DNA of 64,000 bases from assembly GCA_012295275.1 (NCBI GenBank), contig CM022676.1, forward strand, positions 7,564,001 through 7,628,000, given 5' to 3'. The notes beneath the pieces are model-generated. The model ran no database searches, was not told where the DNA came from, and saw nothing but the letters and a program-made list of their open reading frames with translations. The DNA is from Chrysomallon squamiferum. Lineage: Eukaryota; Animalia; Mollusca. Below, piece after piece: positions 22,416 to 46,747 of this stretch (position 1 is its first letter; each line of letters starts with the position of its first letter). The translations under genes were made by a program, and so were the position numbers.

Positions 22416-23657
22416 CAAGAACAACAAGAAAAACAACAGCAGCAACAAAAACATCAAATAATTTTTTTTATTTATTATTATACTCTATTACATAATTTTA
22501 CAGTGTGTTACATTATTTTACATTGCATTACTTTACACTGTTATCTTCTTATGCTATACTATGTTATATTATATTATGTTAGGTTAGGTTGTATTTTAGT
22601 TTCATGTTTTAATACAGATATGTTTCAAAAAATTCAAGCCAGACAATTACTCAACGATTCAGTTAACATAAATCTTTATTATCTTTTCTTCACTACTTTG
22701 TTATTACCACTGCTGTTGATATAAATATAATTTTCAACACCATATTTATTCTATTTTTCTAACTTATCAGGTTTACTTCATGTTTCACGTATGTACGTTT
22801 GTATGTATGTATGTATGTATTTATGTATATATGTAAGTACGTATGTAGGTGCGTATGTATGTATGTATGTATGTATGTATGTATGTATGTATAAATGAAA
22901 TTAATTATATTCAGTTTTAATGTAAATACGTTAATTTTTCATGACAAATGTATTACACCTAGAGTCACACAATGGTAACGAATTGCAGAAATCTGTGATT
23001 AGAAACTCATTAAAATGTCCCTAGAGTTTCTCATAGGTAGCTATTTACACAGTTCAAATCTGGTGTCACTGTATATTTGTATTTTAATAAAATCATATAA
23101 CAGTTTCGGTTATTTATTTCCTCTTTCACAAGAAAATTATTTGTAAAATATTCTCTTGGTGGTTGAACATATTTTTCAAAATACAGCTGTGAGACATGGT
23201 ACACAGCGTTGCATTTCTCATAATTAATTTCGCTCAGTAGGTTTCTTAAATTTAATTTTATTTAATTTTATTTAATAGCTATGTATATTTCTATGTTTGC
23301 ACGTGTGTAGATAAGTATGCAGGTAATTAGTTAAGTCTGTATATATGTAGGAATGAACGCATGCATGTATGTATCAGTGAGATTAAATTACAAAGTTAAA
23401 CAGTAACAGTCGCAGTTCACACAATGGCAATGCATGGTAGAAATTCGCTAATAACAACTCATTAAAATGTTCATAACAGTTCTCACAGGTAGCTATTTAC
23501 AGAGTTCAAATCTGGTGTCACTGTTGAAAATAAAAATATGTAGTTTTACATTCTAATAAAATCATTTAACAATTTAACTTCATTTGACGTTTTTTATGAA
23601 AGTGGCTTACGAAGGTTATGATTAACTAATCATCTTGTTTCCTTCTTTATTATTCAC

Positions 23658-32698
<9,041 letters not shown>

Positions 32699-33069
32699 TT
32701 CCAGTATTTTAGCTGTCACGTTAATAAAAATATATTTTCTTAGCGTCTTTCTTGTTCTACATTCGACTTGATTTTTGTTTTCCTTTCTTCGCCACGTTAG
32801 TTTCTGTTTCACAACTAAAACACCCGTTTTATTCTTAATATAATTTAAAGTAATGTCAAACAATATAATATCATGCAATTCGATACGACATGATGTATAA
32901 GATAATTAATTCTTAATTACTCTATTTCACTGTAAAATAATATAATGTTACGTGAAGACTAGAACGGAATTCATTATAATTACTATAAATATAAATGTGG
33001 CCTTTTTATGTTTTATTATTATTTGTGTGAGTCAGAGAGGAAAACAAGAAAGAAAGAAAAACGATCGAC

Positions 33070-33200
33070 AGGACTGGCCTATTTAAGCCTAAGTATCTAA
33101 ATATAGAAACTTGCGTCAGAAGTAAAGGTCAACGTGTACAACTACGTCACTTGAACCCCGATTTTCCTTCCTTGTTTGTATTCGAATCTTCACGAAATGT
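33070..33200 (-). promoter_or_regulatory. Conserved putative promoter block of the receptor genes (also ~11205-11290, ~11780-11900, ~47030-47160)
   Basis: The same block lies 0.2-0.9 kb upstream of the ATG of A, C and D. On the minus strand it has a TATA-like TATATTTA (not in the ~11205 copy), a TGACGTA CRE-like site and a GGAAGGAAAA ETS/Rel-like motif. Function is inferred. Confidence 0.4.
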
Positions 33201-33495
33201 TTTCACGTTAGGTTTAAAAAATTTCTGCTAGTTCTACAAATGTTAGCAATTAACAAAAACAGTATAGTGGCAGAGGTAGTTAATTTTATCAAGTGTGCTT
33301 GTATATTAAATCTATGGAAGTGTGCATGCATTTAGAGGGTAGACTAACGGATGGAAGAATGTGTTAATTCACAGAACAACATACTGAGAAAAAGAAAGAG
33401 AGATGAATGATTAATAATACTCCAGCATTAAGAACACTGAGACTGAAAGAGAAAAATAAGACATGATTTTTTTCTAATTAACTGTATAATATTAC

Positions 33496-33529
<34 letters not shown>

Positions 33530-34317
33530 GTATAAGTATAAGAATAAGAATAACAAACACAACAAGAAAAAAATAAAACCTACTGTACATTTTAATATAA
33601 TTATATGTGTTATAGATTTATACACACAATGACTTATCAATTACATACACACACACACACACACACACAATATCGTTTAAACCGAACCCAATAGAAAAAA
33701 TACAATTAATTGTCAGAAGGCGAATAAGGTATTCTGGGTTACATTTTGTGTGCGTCTTCTCCAATGCATGGCTGGTTTTGAACAGAGTGTAGAGTTACAG
33801 TACACCAGAGTAAAACTGACAAGTCACGTCACAATTTAAGATACAAGACTTGTCAAACATCCATTGTGCCTAGGTTATAATGATACACTGTAATTCATTT
33901 TATATAGAGCTGATAATTAATAGCTGATAATTAATTATCACTGTCTGATTTTTATTTCCATTTCTTACATCAGTGTACCGATTCACCCGCCAATCCATCC
34001 ATCCATCCATCCACCAGCTCACTGTCTAGATATCTGTAAACATATACTTATGTAGGTAAGAAAGTATGTGTGCATATATATGCATACGTATACACATACA
34101 TAGATACACACATATAAATATAGATAGATACATACAAATATCGATAGATACATACGTACCTACTTATGTTTGTACAGACAGTCAACAAAAAAGGAGAAAA
34201 GTATGACATACATTCTTATACAAAGATATACATATGCACATTTATTCATACATATAAACGCATACATAAACACACGCATATACATCTATTCATTCATGTG
34301 TACACACTCTCTTTATT

Positions 34318-34372
<55 letters not shown>

Positions 34373-37349
34373 ACACACACACATACACAGATAACACAAA
34401 GCGTATTTAATAATTACTATCAAACACTATGATGAACAGTGTAAATAACAGATTGAAATTTAAGTCAAATTCGTGGACTTTTTATGATAATTTATCTTTT
34501 TAAACTCGACTTCCATTCTAGATTTTGAAAGAAAAACAAACCTCAGCACACCTGACATAAAACAACTGATAATACATAAAAAGTCTACTAAACATATTTC
34601 ATCAGCTTTTCTTTTCATAAAAACATTTTTCACTTCTGTCTTTCACCACTGAAGAATACACTACACTTTCCGTACTCTTTCACTTTGTTATGTTATAGAA
34701 ACATTTGCGATAACAGGGGGAAAACAGATTTAATGGTGTAAATAATTTTTCATATGCAGCTGCGCTTCAAAGTGTATATTGTACGTACAAGGTATGTATT
34801 TTATATTCATCGAATTTATCTGGATCTGAGTTAATCTCATTTCATTTACAAACTGTGAAATTTTGATCTTCTGTATGACCCGGAAAGTAAAGTGCTTTGA
34901 TAAATAGTCCGAAAATGAATTCTAATGGAAACTGTAGTCTGTCTTTTTCATTAATATTTTTATTACCTGTGTGACAGAATTATGTTTTTCTCTACATATT
35001 TTCTATTCACACGAATCTTGTGCAATAACAGTTGCTTATAGTGTGTTAGTTGTTCATGTTACTGGGATGTGTAAAAGAAAAGAATCGTAAGTACAATACC
35101 CACTAAAGTAACACAAATACTGTATTACATAACTTTTACTATATGGCATTGTTACATTACGTAATTAACGCTGTGTTATGAACACAAATACACAATTCAT
35201 ATGCATGCATATATGCTGTGTCTAAGCATGTATATATGCTGTGGGTTTGTACGTATTATATGTGTGTTATGTGTGCGTGTGTGAAATTGTATGTGTGTTT
35301 ACTGAAGAGAAACTTGTTTGGAAATTCTCAATTTATACTTCATAATAAACTGGGTGTTGCAGAGATATAATGGGCGGCCATTTTGAATTGTGATGTACCA
35401 TAGGCAACATGGCTGTTTGTCAAGTTTTGTTTCTTACTTCATGACGTGACTGGTCAGTTTTATTCTGGTGTGTTGTGACTCTACACTCTATTTAAAACCA
35501 GTCATGGATGGAAAAAGACGCGGAAAAAAAATGTAACCCAAAACACCTAATACTCTTTCTGCCAAGTTATTGTAATTTGTTTCTATTTTGTTCGTATGAT
35601 ATCATATCGTATAATATTGTATTATATTGTATAACATTACTTTAAATTGTATTATTAGCACTGTTGTTCATTTCAATTTAATCAAGATAATGTTTTACCT
35701 CAGAATAGGAAACCACTGATGTTTAGCGTATAAAGAAATTACATAAAGAAAACTTACATCTAAGCTGGATAGGATAGAATATAAAAAATTGTTATTAAAT
35801 GGTAGTTTTATTTATAAACTGGTCCTATCAGCGTACCTGGTTGTACGAATGCTCATATACTTGTTATTCAATAAAGTATAACGAATAAGAACCAGTGTAT
35901 TTCAAGTCTGTTTACGTGATAGGCCCGAGTGACGAAGTTTTTGAACATACACACATACACACCGACATAATACATACAAGTAGACATGCACACAGATATA
36001 TACATTACAGGAACATATATACACACACATACACATATAGACACATGTAAACACACATTCAAAAATACAGAATTATAGAAAGAATAAAAAGAGGAGAGGT
36101 GTGTAAAATCAGAATGGTTGAAGTACAAAAATCGATTGAGAAAGTGTTAAATGAAAAAGGACACACAAACAGACGAACAGATTTAGAAAACAAAAAATAC
36201 AACTTTATTTTAGAGTAAGAAGGGAAACAGTAAAATATAAGTGAGAATTCCAAAATTTGTTTATAATCATTATGAAAAATATATATACAATCGGGTATAC
36301 AGAAACAAGCTGCTATATTATGAAGTTAGATAACATAATTAACAAAACATAGTAAACATTAGCTTAGTAGTTACATCAGATTCCTTCCGCTATTTCCTGT
36401 TCTAACTGCATGCTCACAATTCGTTTAACACATTTTCTATCACTGTACCAGATACAAATGCAACAATATGCAGACGCAGAAACAATGTTTTAAAAAGATG
36501 ATGCACAGTATATTACATTGTCAGATGTCATTTCTTCATTTGTTTTGGGAATAAATATTCTCTTGCAGTTTTGATGTCGTAGCATGTATTTGTAAATTTT
36601 AAACGCAATCCGACACGTTTATCTGAATATGAAAAAACTCATTCGTACGCCATAAATCTATGGGGAGGGGTACACTCCTCCAACTCTTACCAATATCATC
36701 ATCAAATCATCATATAGAACTATGCCTTATTCAGTCTAAATTGAGTACAAAAATATTAACAACTGAAAACTATGACAAAAAAATCAAACCTGGGATAGAT
36801 AAGGGTTACCAAGCAGAGGAGCAGATGCTCTTGTTAGTACAGAACACTGTAAACATAGATTTATTCTACCACTGACCGCCAGGAATTTCATTTCTCATAT
36901 TATACAAGATAATAGACACTTTCGTGACGTCACGATCCCACGTGAGAGAAACTAATACAAAAAAAAAAAAAAACCTAAAATAAAATAGCGAATGTGAGTA
37001 ATATTTCATTTCTTGGACATCATCGCGGAAAGACATTATTGAGATTGATCAAATTTGTTACTTTTTTCAATGTTTAGATACTTTAATTTTACGTGACAAA
37101 TATTCCCTGATTTTAACATAGTTACAGTCACAATTCACACAATGTTAATGAATGGTAGAAATTCTCGATTAGAAACTCATTATAATGTTCATAACGTTTC
37201 TCACAGGTAGCTATTTACATAGTTCGAATCTGGTGTCACTGTAGAAACTGAATATATACAGTCGTTATATTTTACTAAAGTCATTTAACAATTTAACCTT
37301 GTTTAAGTTTTCAGGAAAGTGTTTTAACAAATAATCACGGTTTTCTTCT

Positions 37350-37757
37350 TTATGGTTCAGAAACGAATACAAGACAGTATGGATTCTCTTTAACTTGAGG
37401 CACAGTTGATGTCTCTGTCTGATTGTCTGAAACATGAAACGAAATTATGTTTTAGTTTATATAAAAGTTGTCATGTACGGAGCAAAAAATTAATCGCAAT
37501 AATGTGTGTATGTGTGTGTATATATAAATAAATACACACACGCGCATACACGCCTATAAGTTAAAAAGTCAGTATGCTTAAATGTGTATTTCTTACATAT
37601 ACATTTTCTCTATTTCTCTATTTACATACATATTTAGCTATCTGTCTATCTATCTATCTATCTATATAACAATATACATACACAGACGTAAGAATGTGTT
37701 TCTATACTCCTATCGATATGTGAGTATGTACGTATGCGTACGTATGTATGTGTGTGC

Positions 37758-37792
<35 letters not shown>

Positions 37793-39087
37793 ATGTACAC
37801 ACATATATACTTATATAAGTATGTATTTATGTACATTTATGAATGCTTTAGTTTATATAAAAGTTTGCATGTACGGAGCAAAACAATAATCGCAATTATG
37901 TGTGTGTGTATATATAAACAAATACACACACGCGCATACACACCTATAAGTTCAACAGTCACTACGCTTAAGTGTGTATTTCTTCCATATACATTTTCTC
38001 TATTTCCTCTATCTATATAACTATATACATACACAGACAATAGAAATACATTCTTACGTCTGTGTATGTATATAGTTATATATATACACACATATATAAG
38101 TATGTATTTATGTACATATATGTATGTATGGATGTATGGATGCATGTATGTATGTGTAGATGTTTGACTTTAGATGTTTGACCACTGTAATGTAAGTTAC
38201 TGTGTGATTTGGTCATATTATTAAAAGATGCATTTATTTACATAAATAAAACTTTTTAAAACTTTATAGAAAAGCGTTCAGCGATGTATAAAAGTACATT
38301 ACTAGAACAAAACAATATATATATATCAAATCTATTTAATACTATTTCAGACACAATTTAGAAAGTATCCTTTCTCGAAATCTGTAAAAAAAATGTCTAA
38401 AAATGTCAGTTTTACTCTTTGAATCGAGAATTCGCGTTTGCTCTATTGGGTTATCTCAAAATGAACGTCCAGTATATTACCAGGTAGGTCAAAATATATG
38501 GCACAGGAGTGTTAACTTCGTCCATATCGTATTTGTGAGAATTAGTTCTAACTCGTGACATATTTTGTGTTTTGTTGTCTCTGTATCCCTTTTTCTATTT
38601 GTTTTTGTTATTTTGTTATTTTGTTATTTTGTTTTTTTATTATTATTTATTTTTTATTTTCTGGGGTTTATTTTAAATGAACAAATAAATAAAAAAACAT
38701 TAGGAAATCCACCACATTTTAGAAATAACGGTGTAAGTTAGCAGGTTAGTACGGATTTGATATTCAGTTCTGGTTTTTTCTCTACTGAATTTAGCCTGAG
38801 ACTTTAATAACCTAATTTAATTGTTTTTTTATCAAAATGTCTTACGAAGTCTGTGATTAAGAAACAATAATTGTTTTCATACTATCAGGCGTTATAACGT
38901 TTTCTGGGACGTCATTTCGTCTTTTCTCTATAGTAGCATATGGATTCTCTGGATCTTCATGTTCGTCTGCTGGCTCGGTCTCATTATCTGAAACTTGGAA
39001 TCAAGTTATGTTTTCGTTTATATAAAGATTGTGCAGAGATAAAAATAATCGCATTAATATATATGTATGTGTGTTTGTGTGTGTGTA

Positions 39088-39133
<46 letters not shown>

Positions 39134-40105
39134 TACATATATAAAGATATAGGAGTACGCGCGCACACACGCACACTAATGTATATCAATTTAAGAAATG
39201 ACTATGTTTAAGTGTATATTTTTATATATACCGTATCTCTCGCTCTATGCATATCTATATATACATTTACACATAATAATGTGTTTTCATACATATATCG
39301 ATGTGTGTGTGTATGTGTGTTTATGTCTATGTTTATACACACATATATAGATATATAAGTATGTATTTATGTACATATATGTATGTATGAATGTATGTGT
39401 GTATATGTGTATGTTTGTATTTAATTTTATCTCTAGAGGTTTCAGACGACTTAAAGTTGACCACTGTTTTTTAAGTTAGTGTGTGATCTGGTCATATTAT
39501 TAAAAAATACATTTATTTACATACATAAACTTTTAAAAATATGTCCGTACCTTTTATTGAATTAATTCGTAAATCCTTCGGAAATATAACTATTTAGAGC
39601 TTTATTAGTCAGAAAATCGGTTAGAAACTAAAATTCCTTTAGACTTGATTTGTGTTTTTTTCTTAAACAATGACAGGAAATGCTGTTACTGGATTGGTCA
39701 TCGTAATCTGTAAGTTAAAATCTTGTACCTTAACAAATTTTACCAATGTCAACGTTGCTGCAGTCATAAATGTATGGGAAAAATTATTTTATCTCTCTCA
39801 TATGAAGATTCAACATTTATTCCAAATGGTTTTTGTATTTGTAATGTACGGATGCAAAATACTTTTCGCTGGAGTCTAAAAATGTCAGTTTTACTCTTTG
39901 AATCGAGAATTCGCGTTTGCTCTATTGGGTTATCTCAAAATGATCGTCCAGTATATGGCTACGTAGATTAAAATATATGGCGACAGCAGTGTTAACTTCA
40001 TCCATATCGTGTTTGTGACAATTAGTTCTAACTCGTGACATATTTTGTGTTTTGTTTTCTCCCTTTTTCTATTTGTTTTTGTTATTTTATTTTGTTATTT
40101 TTTTT

Positions 40106-40162
<57 letters not shown>

Positions 40163-41021
40163 TTTTTTTTTTTTTTTTTTTTTTAAATAAATAAATAAAA
40201 AAAAATTAGGAAATCCACCACAGTGTAGGTTAGCAGGTTAGTACGGATTTGATATTCAGTTCTGGTTTTTTCTCTACTGAATTTAGCCTGAGACTTTAAT
40301 AACCTAATTTAATTGTCTGTGATTCAGAAACAATTTTTGTTTTCTTGTTTACCCTTCATTAATATCAATTCACTTACTGTCAGGCGTTATAACGTTTTCT
40401 GGGACGTCATTTCGTCTTTTCTCTATAGAAGAATATAGATTCTCTGTGTCTTCATGTTCGTCTGCTGGCTCGGTCTCATTATCTGAAACGTGGAATCAAG
40501 TTATGTTTTCGTTTATATAAAGATTGTGCAGAGATGAAAATAATCGCATTAATATATATGTGTGTGTGTGTGTTTGTGTGTGTTTGTGTGTGTGTGTGTG
40601 TACATATATACGAATACTCGCGCACACACGCACACTAATGTATATCAATTTAAGAAGTGACTATGTTTAAGTGAATATTTTTACATATACCGTATCTCTT
40701 GCTCTATGCATATCTATACATACATATACACATAATAATGTGTTTTCATAGATATATCGATGTGTAAGTGTGTATATGTATATAGGTGCACATAGAATGT
40801 ATGTGTGTATATGCATATATAATGTATATGTGTAAATGCATATATATATGTATGTATTATTTTATGTATGTTTGTGTATTTTAGGATTTGAATATTCTTT
40901 GTTTTATATATAAACAATATAAACAATATTCGGGAACACACTGGCATACGAGTTAAAGATCGCTGTATATATCTGTGTCTGTGTGGATATATATGTGTGC
41001 GTGTTTGTGTGTGTGTGTGCG

Positions 41022-41097
<76 letters not shown>

Positions 41098-41528
41098 CTT
41101 ACCAGAAACAGCACTGTACGAAACATGCAGAGAACTGAAACATTGCACACAAATATATATATATATATATAGTTTTATTCAAAATTAAATAATAAATAGT
41201 ACATATACGTTGATACAATAATCCGAGGACGAACAAAGGAATGCAAGCACACATACATATATACATACCATACATTGATAAGTACATGCATACATACATA
41301 CATCAATAAATATATAAATATATATGTGCATGTTTCATACATATTACATTTGTACACATGTATATACACACATACGTACATACACACAACATACATAGGT
41401 ATATATAGACAGAGAAAGACACATGTTTATAAATACATAAATATATTTTACAGATAGGAAGAAAAGTAATACAAATATATGAATAAATTTACCTTTTTTG
41501 GCTCAAAATTGACTTCTTTTTTCCTGTC

Positions 41529-41562
<34 letters not shown>

Positions 41563-42217
41563 TAATAATAACATTATTATTTTTTACGTCAGCTATATCA
41601 TTATCAGATAATTGAAATACACAGGTTTAATTACTCTGTATAAGGTAATTGAGTAAATTAGACGATATATTTCCCTTTTACATTCTAGGTAAGTGTAATT
41701 AACAAACAAAAGAATGAAGGAATGAAGACATAATGGAAGAATGAAAATTAAATAAAGAATGTATAATAAAAAATAAAAAAAATAAAAATAAACCAAATAA
41801 ACTAACCAACCAACCAAACAACCAATTAACCATTTAAATAAATAAATAATAATAAATAAGTAAGTAAATAAGTAAGTAAATAAGTAAATAAGTTAGAAAG
41901 TAAGTAAGTGAGTGAGTGAGTAAGTAAGTAAGTAAATAAACAAATAAATAAATACTTCTTTTATATCGGACGAAGAGAACAATGACAATGATAATAACAA
42001 ACAGAGCAGAGCACGTTCCAAAACCGCTGCCAAATGTTTTATCAAACTGACTGCTGGCTTCTACAGACACTGAAAATTAAAACAAAAATATGAAATTTAA
42101 TTAATATATTATTTATATATCTTCAATAGGTAATAATTCTATTTACTATTGTTGATATATATTCACAGAGTAGGTAATTATTTATTTACTATTGTTAAGG
42201 AGTTGTTAGTATGTATT

Positions 42218-42294
<77 letters not shown>

Positions 42295-44418
42295 GATTTA
42301 CTAAATGCTAAATATAATGAATTTAAACTTACGCTTAATATTAATAATAACTTTTTTATGTGCTGTTTCGTTCGAATCCCGATTAACAGCAATGCATGTG
42401 TAGACTCCAACTTGAAATCTCGTGATATTAGTCAGTGCCAGTAGTCCGTTGTTACTGACAATCTGATTGCACAGTTCCCATTTGTAAAGGCATTTGATAA
42501 AACAGTCGGCTTTGCATGATATTCTGACGTCACTTCCTTCCTCTACAGCGATGTCAGATGAAGAATTGACTCGAAGTGAGTTGCCGGGACCGTCTGTGAA
42601 AAAAAAAAATAAAATAAAATAAAATAAATAAATAAAATAAGAAATGTTGAATAAGAACTTGTCACCTAAACATTTGAAAGTCTAATTTCCAATAAAACAT
42701 GACATAACATCAAAATTCAACAAGTCAAAAGTGAGGTCATTATCAAACCCCGTGACGCGATGTGAATATTGGAAAATTTGACATGTCAACGTAAAAGAAA
42801 GACCGCTGATAGCGTTTAAATACACGCATAAAATAATCTGTATCATAACAAAAGTTACTCAGACTGGATATTCTTACGTAAGCATTTATAACTGGTTCTC
42901 TGATATTTTAAACACACACCTCTAACAAATATTGAGTTGCCTGTTTATTTTATAACCTTTATTTTTACTATAATTAATTTCTTACTTACGAAGTACAGTC
43001 AAATTAAGTGTTTCATTGGCAGTTTGTTTCGTATCTGGATTTTCAGCCGTTATCACATAGAGACCTGATTGTGATCTATTAATATGAGCCAATGAGAGAA
43101 TGCTCGTGTTACTTATGACGTTATCGGCGAGTTTCCACTGATAATTGCACGTGATGAAACACGTGGCGGAACAAGCCACTGTGACGTCACTTCCTTCCAC
43201 AGCAGTCACAAAAGACGAAGTATTCAGCTTGAGTGATGTTCCAGGACCATCTAAAAATTAAATTATCAATTGCATCATCATCATCAACATCATCATCGCC
43301 AGTATAATCATCATTGTCGTCATACTGATGTTTTTTGTTCTTACTGACAGTAGCAATTATTGATGTTGTCGTTGTAATTGTCGTGAAGATGAAATATTTG
43401 AGTTGTTGCTGTTCGTATCAGAATTACTGTAACTGTCAGTACTATTTATTTATTAATTTTGTTAATATTTTTGCTGATTTAAAATAATAAGAAGAAGAAT
43501 CAATAAAATAATAAAATGTATTCAAAATATTCTATATCTAGATATGAACACATGTATCATTTTAAAAATATATCTTCATATACGTAAATTAATGTTTATG
43601 TACGTACCTGTTTTAAGCGTATAATTATGCTGGACATTCTTTCATGTAAGAATATAAATTTACTTAAATGTTAAAATACATTAATAATTTTTATCATCTG
43701 TAATTATAATCTATAAAAAATAAAGGTTCTTGGCCTCTAATTTCACGTATTATTGTATTTTATTGAGATGTATTGTTTAGTTATCAGTACATACTTCCTA
43801 AAATGATAATTATAGACATAAAACTGATAAAAAAAAAAAAAACCAGCTGAGTTACAGCATTGTTTTGTTTTACTGAATTTATTATTTAATTACCATTAAC
43901 AGTACATATTTTTTCAGTTGTATTTCGTTGCTTTTTTTAACATTTAATAAGAATAATAATAAAGAAGTTAATTTTACTTCTCAATTCAACTTTCATTTCA
44001 TTGTTTTTAAACAGTATTTAGTACCTACAATAATAATAATAATATTAATAATAATTAAGTTAATTTTACCTCTCACTTCAAGTTTTATTTCATTACTGTG
44101 TCCTCCATCATCTCCATATCTCCACACAGTTCCATGTTGACTGAGTTTGACATATTTTATTATGAGGATGTTTATATCATCTGAACAGAAAAAAGTGTAT
44201 TCTTTTGGATGTTCACCATGAAAATCACATGGACCGTTTTTTCCCTGTACTTCCATCCTGTATTCTGTGTTATTCACAAACCAGGTAATTAGAGGAGAAG
44301 GATCTCCTCCAAGACAGGTAAAAGCAAAAGTTGATCCAACAATTGCAAATCTATCTGATGTTGTTAATGTATAATGCTGACCTTAAATTTAAAATAATAA
44401 TAATAATAATAATAATAA

Positions 44419-44449
<31 letters not shown>

Positions 44450-46747
44450 AAGAAGACGATATTATGTTATGCTATTTTATGTTATTCGATGCTATGTTAT
44501 AGATCTGTGTTATGCTACGTTATCTTATATTATGTTATGTTCTGCTATATTTATTTAAGATTTTAACAGATATATTTCAAGAGTTCAGCTGACAGTTATA
44601 CATTTCATTTTACATTAGTCATATAGAAATGACGGCGAATCCACCTAGATTTCAGTGTGTAAGTGAAACGAGATTAACTGAGATACAGATAAACAATCTG
44701 AAAATAAAATACAATATACATCCCAGTAACACGAATTTACAGAATAAAGTACTACTCAATATCTTTCACTGCCGCAAATAAAAATAAAGTTTTGATTTTA
44801 TTCTTTTTTTCAATACTTTCTTGATTTCACTGCTGTTAATATTATTTGTAATATTTTCTGTAGGTGGTTGAATATATTTTTCAATACACCAGATGCAGTC
44901 GACTGCATCCAGCAACCTAGCTACAATTCTACGACATGGCATACAGCGTTGTATTCTTATAGTTAATTTTGGTCAAAAAGTGTTGTTTTTTTTGTTGTTT
45001 TTTTGGTTTGTTTGTTTTTGTTTTTGTTTATTATAGTTTTGAGTTTTTGTACTTAGGAAGGTATTTTCCTTTCTACGTATGTTTGTATTTAATGCATGCA
45101 TGTAGATATGTACGTATGTAAGTAGATAAGTATGTACGTGTGTATATTAGCTTTATGTGTATATGTTTGTATGGACGTATATTTGAAATTAGATAGGTAG
45201 GTATGCAGGCAGGTAGGTAGATACAGAGATAGTTAGGTATAGGTGTGGTTGTGTTTGTCTATCTTTCTATATGTGTATATGTGTGTACGTGTGTGTGTAA
45301 GTGTTTGTGAGTTTCCCTGTATATTTATATTAATCAGAAATGTTCTCAGGTGATAAGTTCAGAATAAACTTTGTGTTGCGATGCACCACCCAATCCCTAT
45401 ATTGTAATAATATAATATAAAGTCATATAACATAATATATAATGTAACAATGTACCGTAGCAGATTATAATATGCTTATGTACTAAAGAACTTTATAGAA
45501 CAAAATATTTCACTATATTGAGTATAGTATAATTCAGTACAGTATAGCACTATATATTTAATACACAATAGTATAATTTAGTATATTGTAGTACAGTGTG
45601 AACATGTATAGTAGAGTATAGTATAATATAGAATAGTAAAGTATAGTGTAGTATAGTATAGCTCAGAATAATATAGCATAACACAGCATAGTACACGATT
45701 GTCTAGTACATTATAGTGCAGTTAAATTTAGTATAATACAAAATAACACTGCAAAAACACAGTAAAATGTAATGTGATATAGTTTAATATAGTAAATAAT
45801 GATAATAAAATAAAATAAAAAATATAAAATTAAATTAAATAAATGATATTATTTTCTTCTATTGTATTATTATATATTACTAATACATTATACTCACTTT
45901 TTATAACTGTATAATAATTATAAAGAATTGCAGTCTACTCTTTATGTAACATTATATTATTTTACAGTGAAATAGATTACTTAACACTAAATTATAGAGA
46001 AATTATACAGAGAAAGTCTAAAACTATGCTGGTTAGGAATAGAATACAAGAGTTAATTGCCAGTATGAAATCAAGTGTCATTAAATCATAATTGTATTTA
46101 TGAAGTGATCCCATCAACGTAATCAAGAATTCACTGTATTAACGTGTTCTGTGTTATCAATGTGACCAAGAATTCACTGTATTAACGTGTTCTGTGTTAT
46201 CAATGTCACCAAGAATTCACTGTATTAACGTGTTCTGTGTTATCAATGTCACCAAGAATTCACTGTATTAACGTGTTCTGTGTTATCAATGTAATGATGA
46301 ATTCACTGTATTAACGTGTTCTGTGTTATCAACGTAACCATCAATTCACTGTATTAACGTGTTCTGTGTTATCAACGTAACCATCAATTCACTGTATTAA
46401 CGTGTACTGTGTTATCAACGTAATCATGAATTCACTGTATTAATATGTACTCCGTTATAAACGTAATGATGTAGTCACTGTATTAATGTGTTATGGGTAC
46501 AACATCTGTCTGTTGTTACAGTCACACAGGTAATAAATCTTTTAACGAAATTAGGACTATTTATCTTAGTTTTTTTCTTTCCGGGTCATAACTGTCATTC
46601 ATACATAAAGTCGACTCAACCCTGATTTTACAGTTACTAAAAGAGATTAACTCAGATACAGATAAATAATCTGAATATAAAATACATACCTTGTACGTAC
46701 AATACACATCCCAGCAACACGAACACACAGAATAACTTACAACACAT
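37350..46747 (-). CDS. Ig-superfamily type I receptor D (SP, IgV-like, 2 Ig, TM, ITIM/single-Tyr tail), ~451 aa; chimera of an A-like 5' half and a B-like 3' half
   Basis: Exons 46747-46690, 44381-44070, 43250-42990, 42593-42333, 42069-41956 (TM), 41523-41493, 41134-41103 (HVSYSAV), 40482-40378 (ENLYSSI), 38987-38883 (ENPYATI), 37426-37350 (stop). Total 1356 nt, in frame. Confidence 0.86.
38390..40760. repeat. ~1.5-kb tandem duplication carrying the 105-bp cytoplasmic exon of gene D
   Basis: 38390-39330 matches 39880-40760, and the exon copies are 1495 bp apart. Confidence 0.82.
46110..46490. repeat. 43-bp minisatellite in intron 1 of gene D (~9 copies), homologous to the one in gene A
   Basis: Unit aattcactgtattaacgtgttctgtgttatcaatgtcaccaag and variants. 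Confidence 0.93.
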
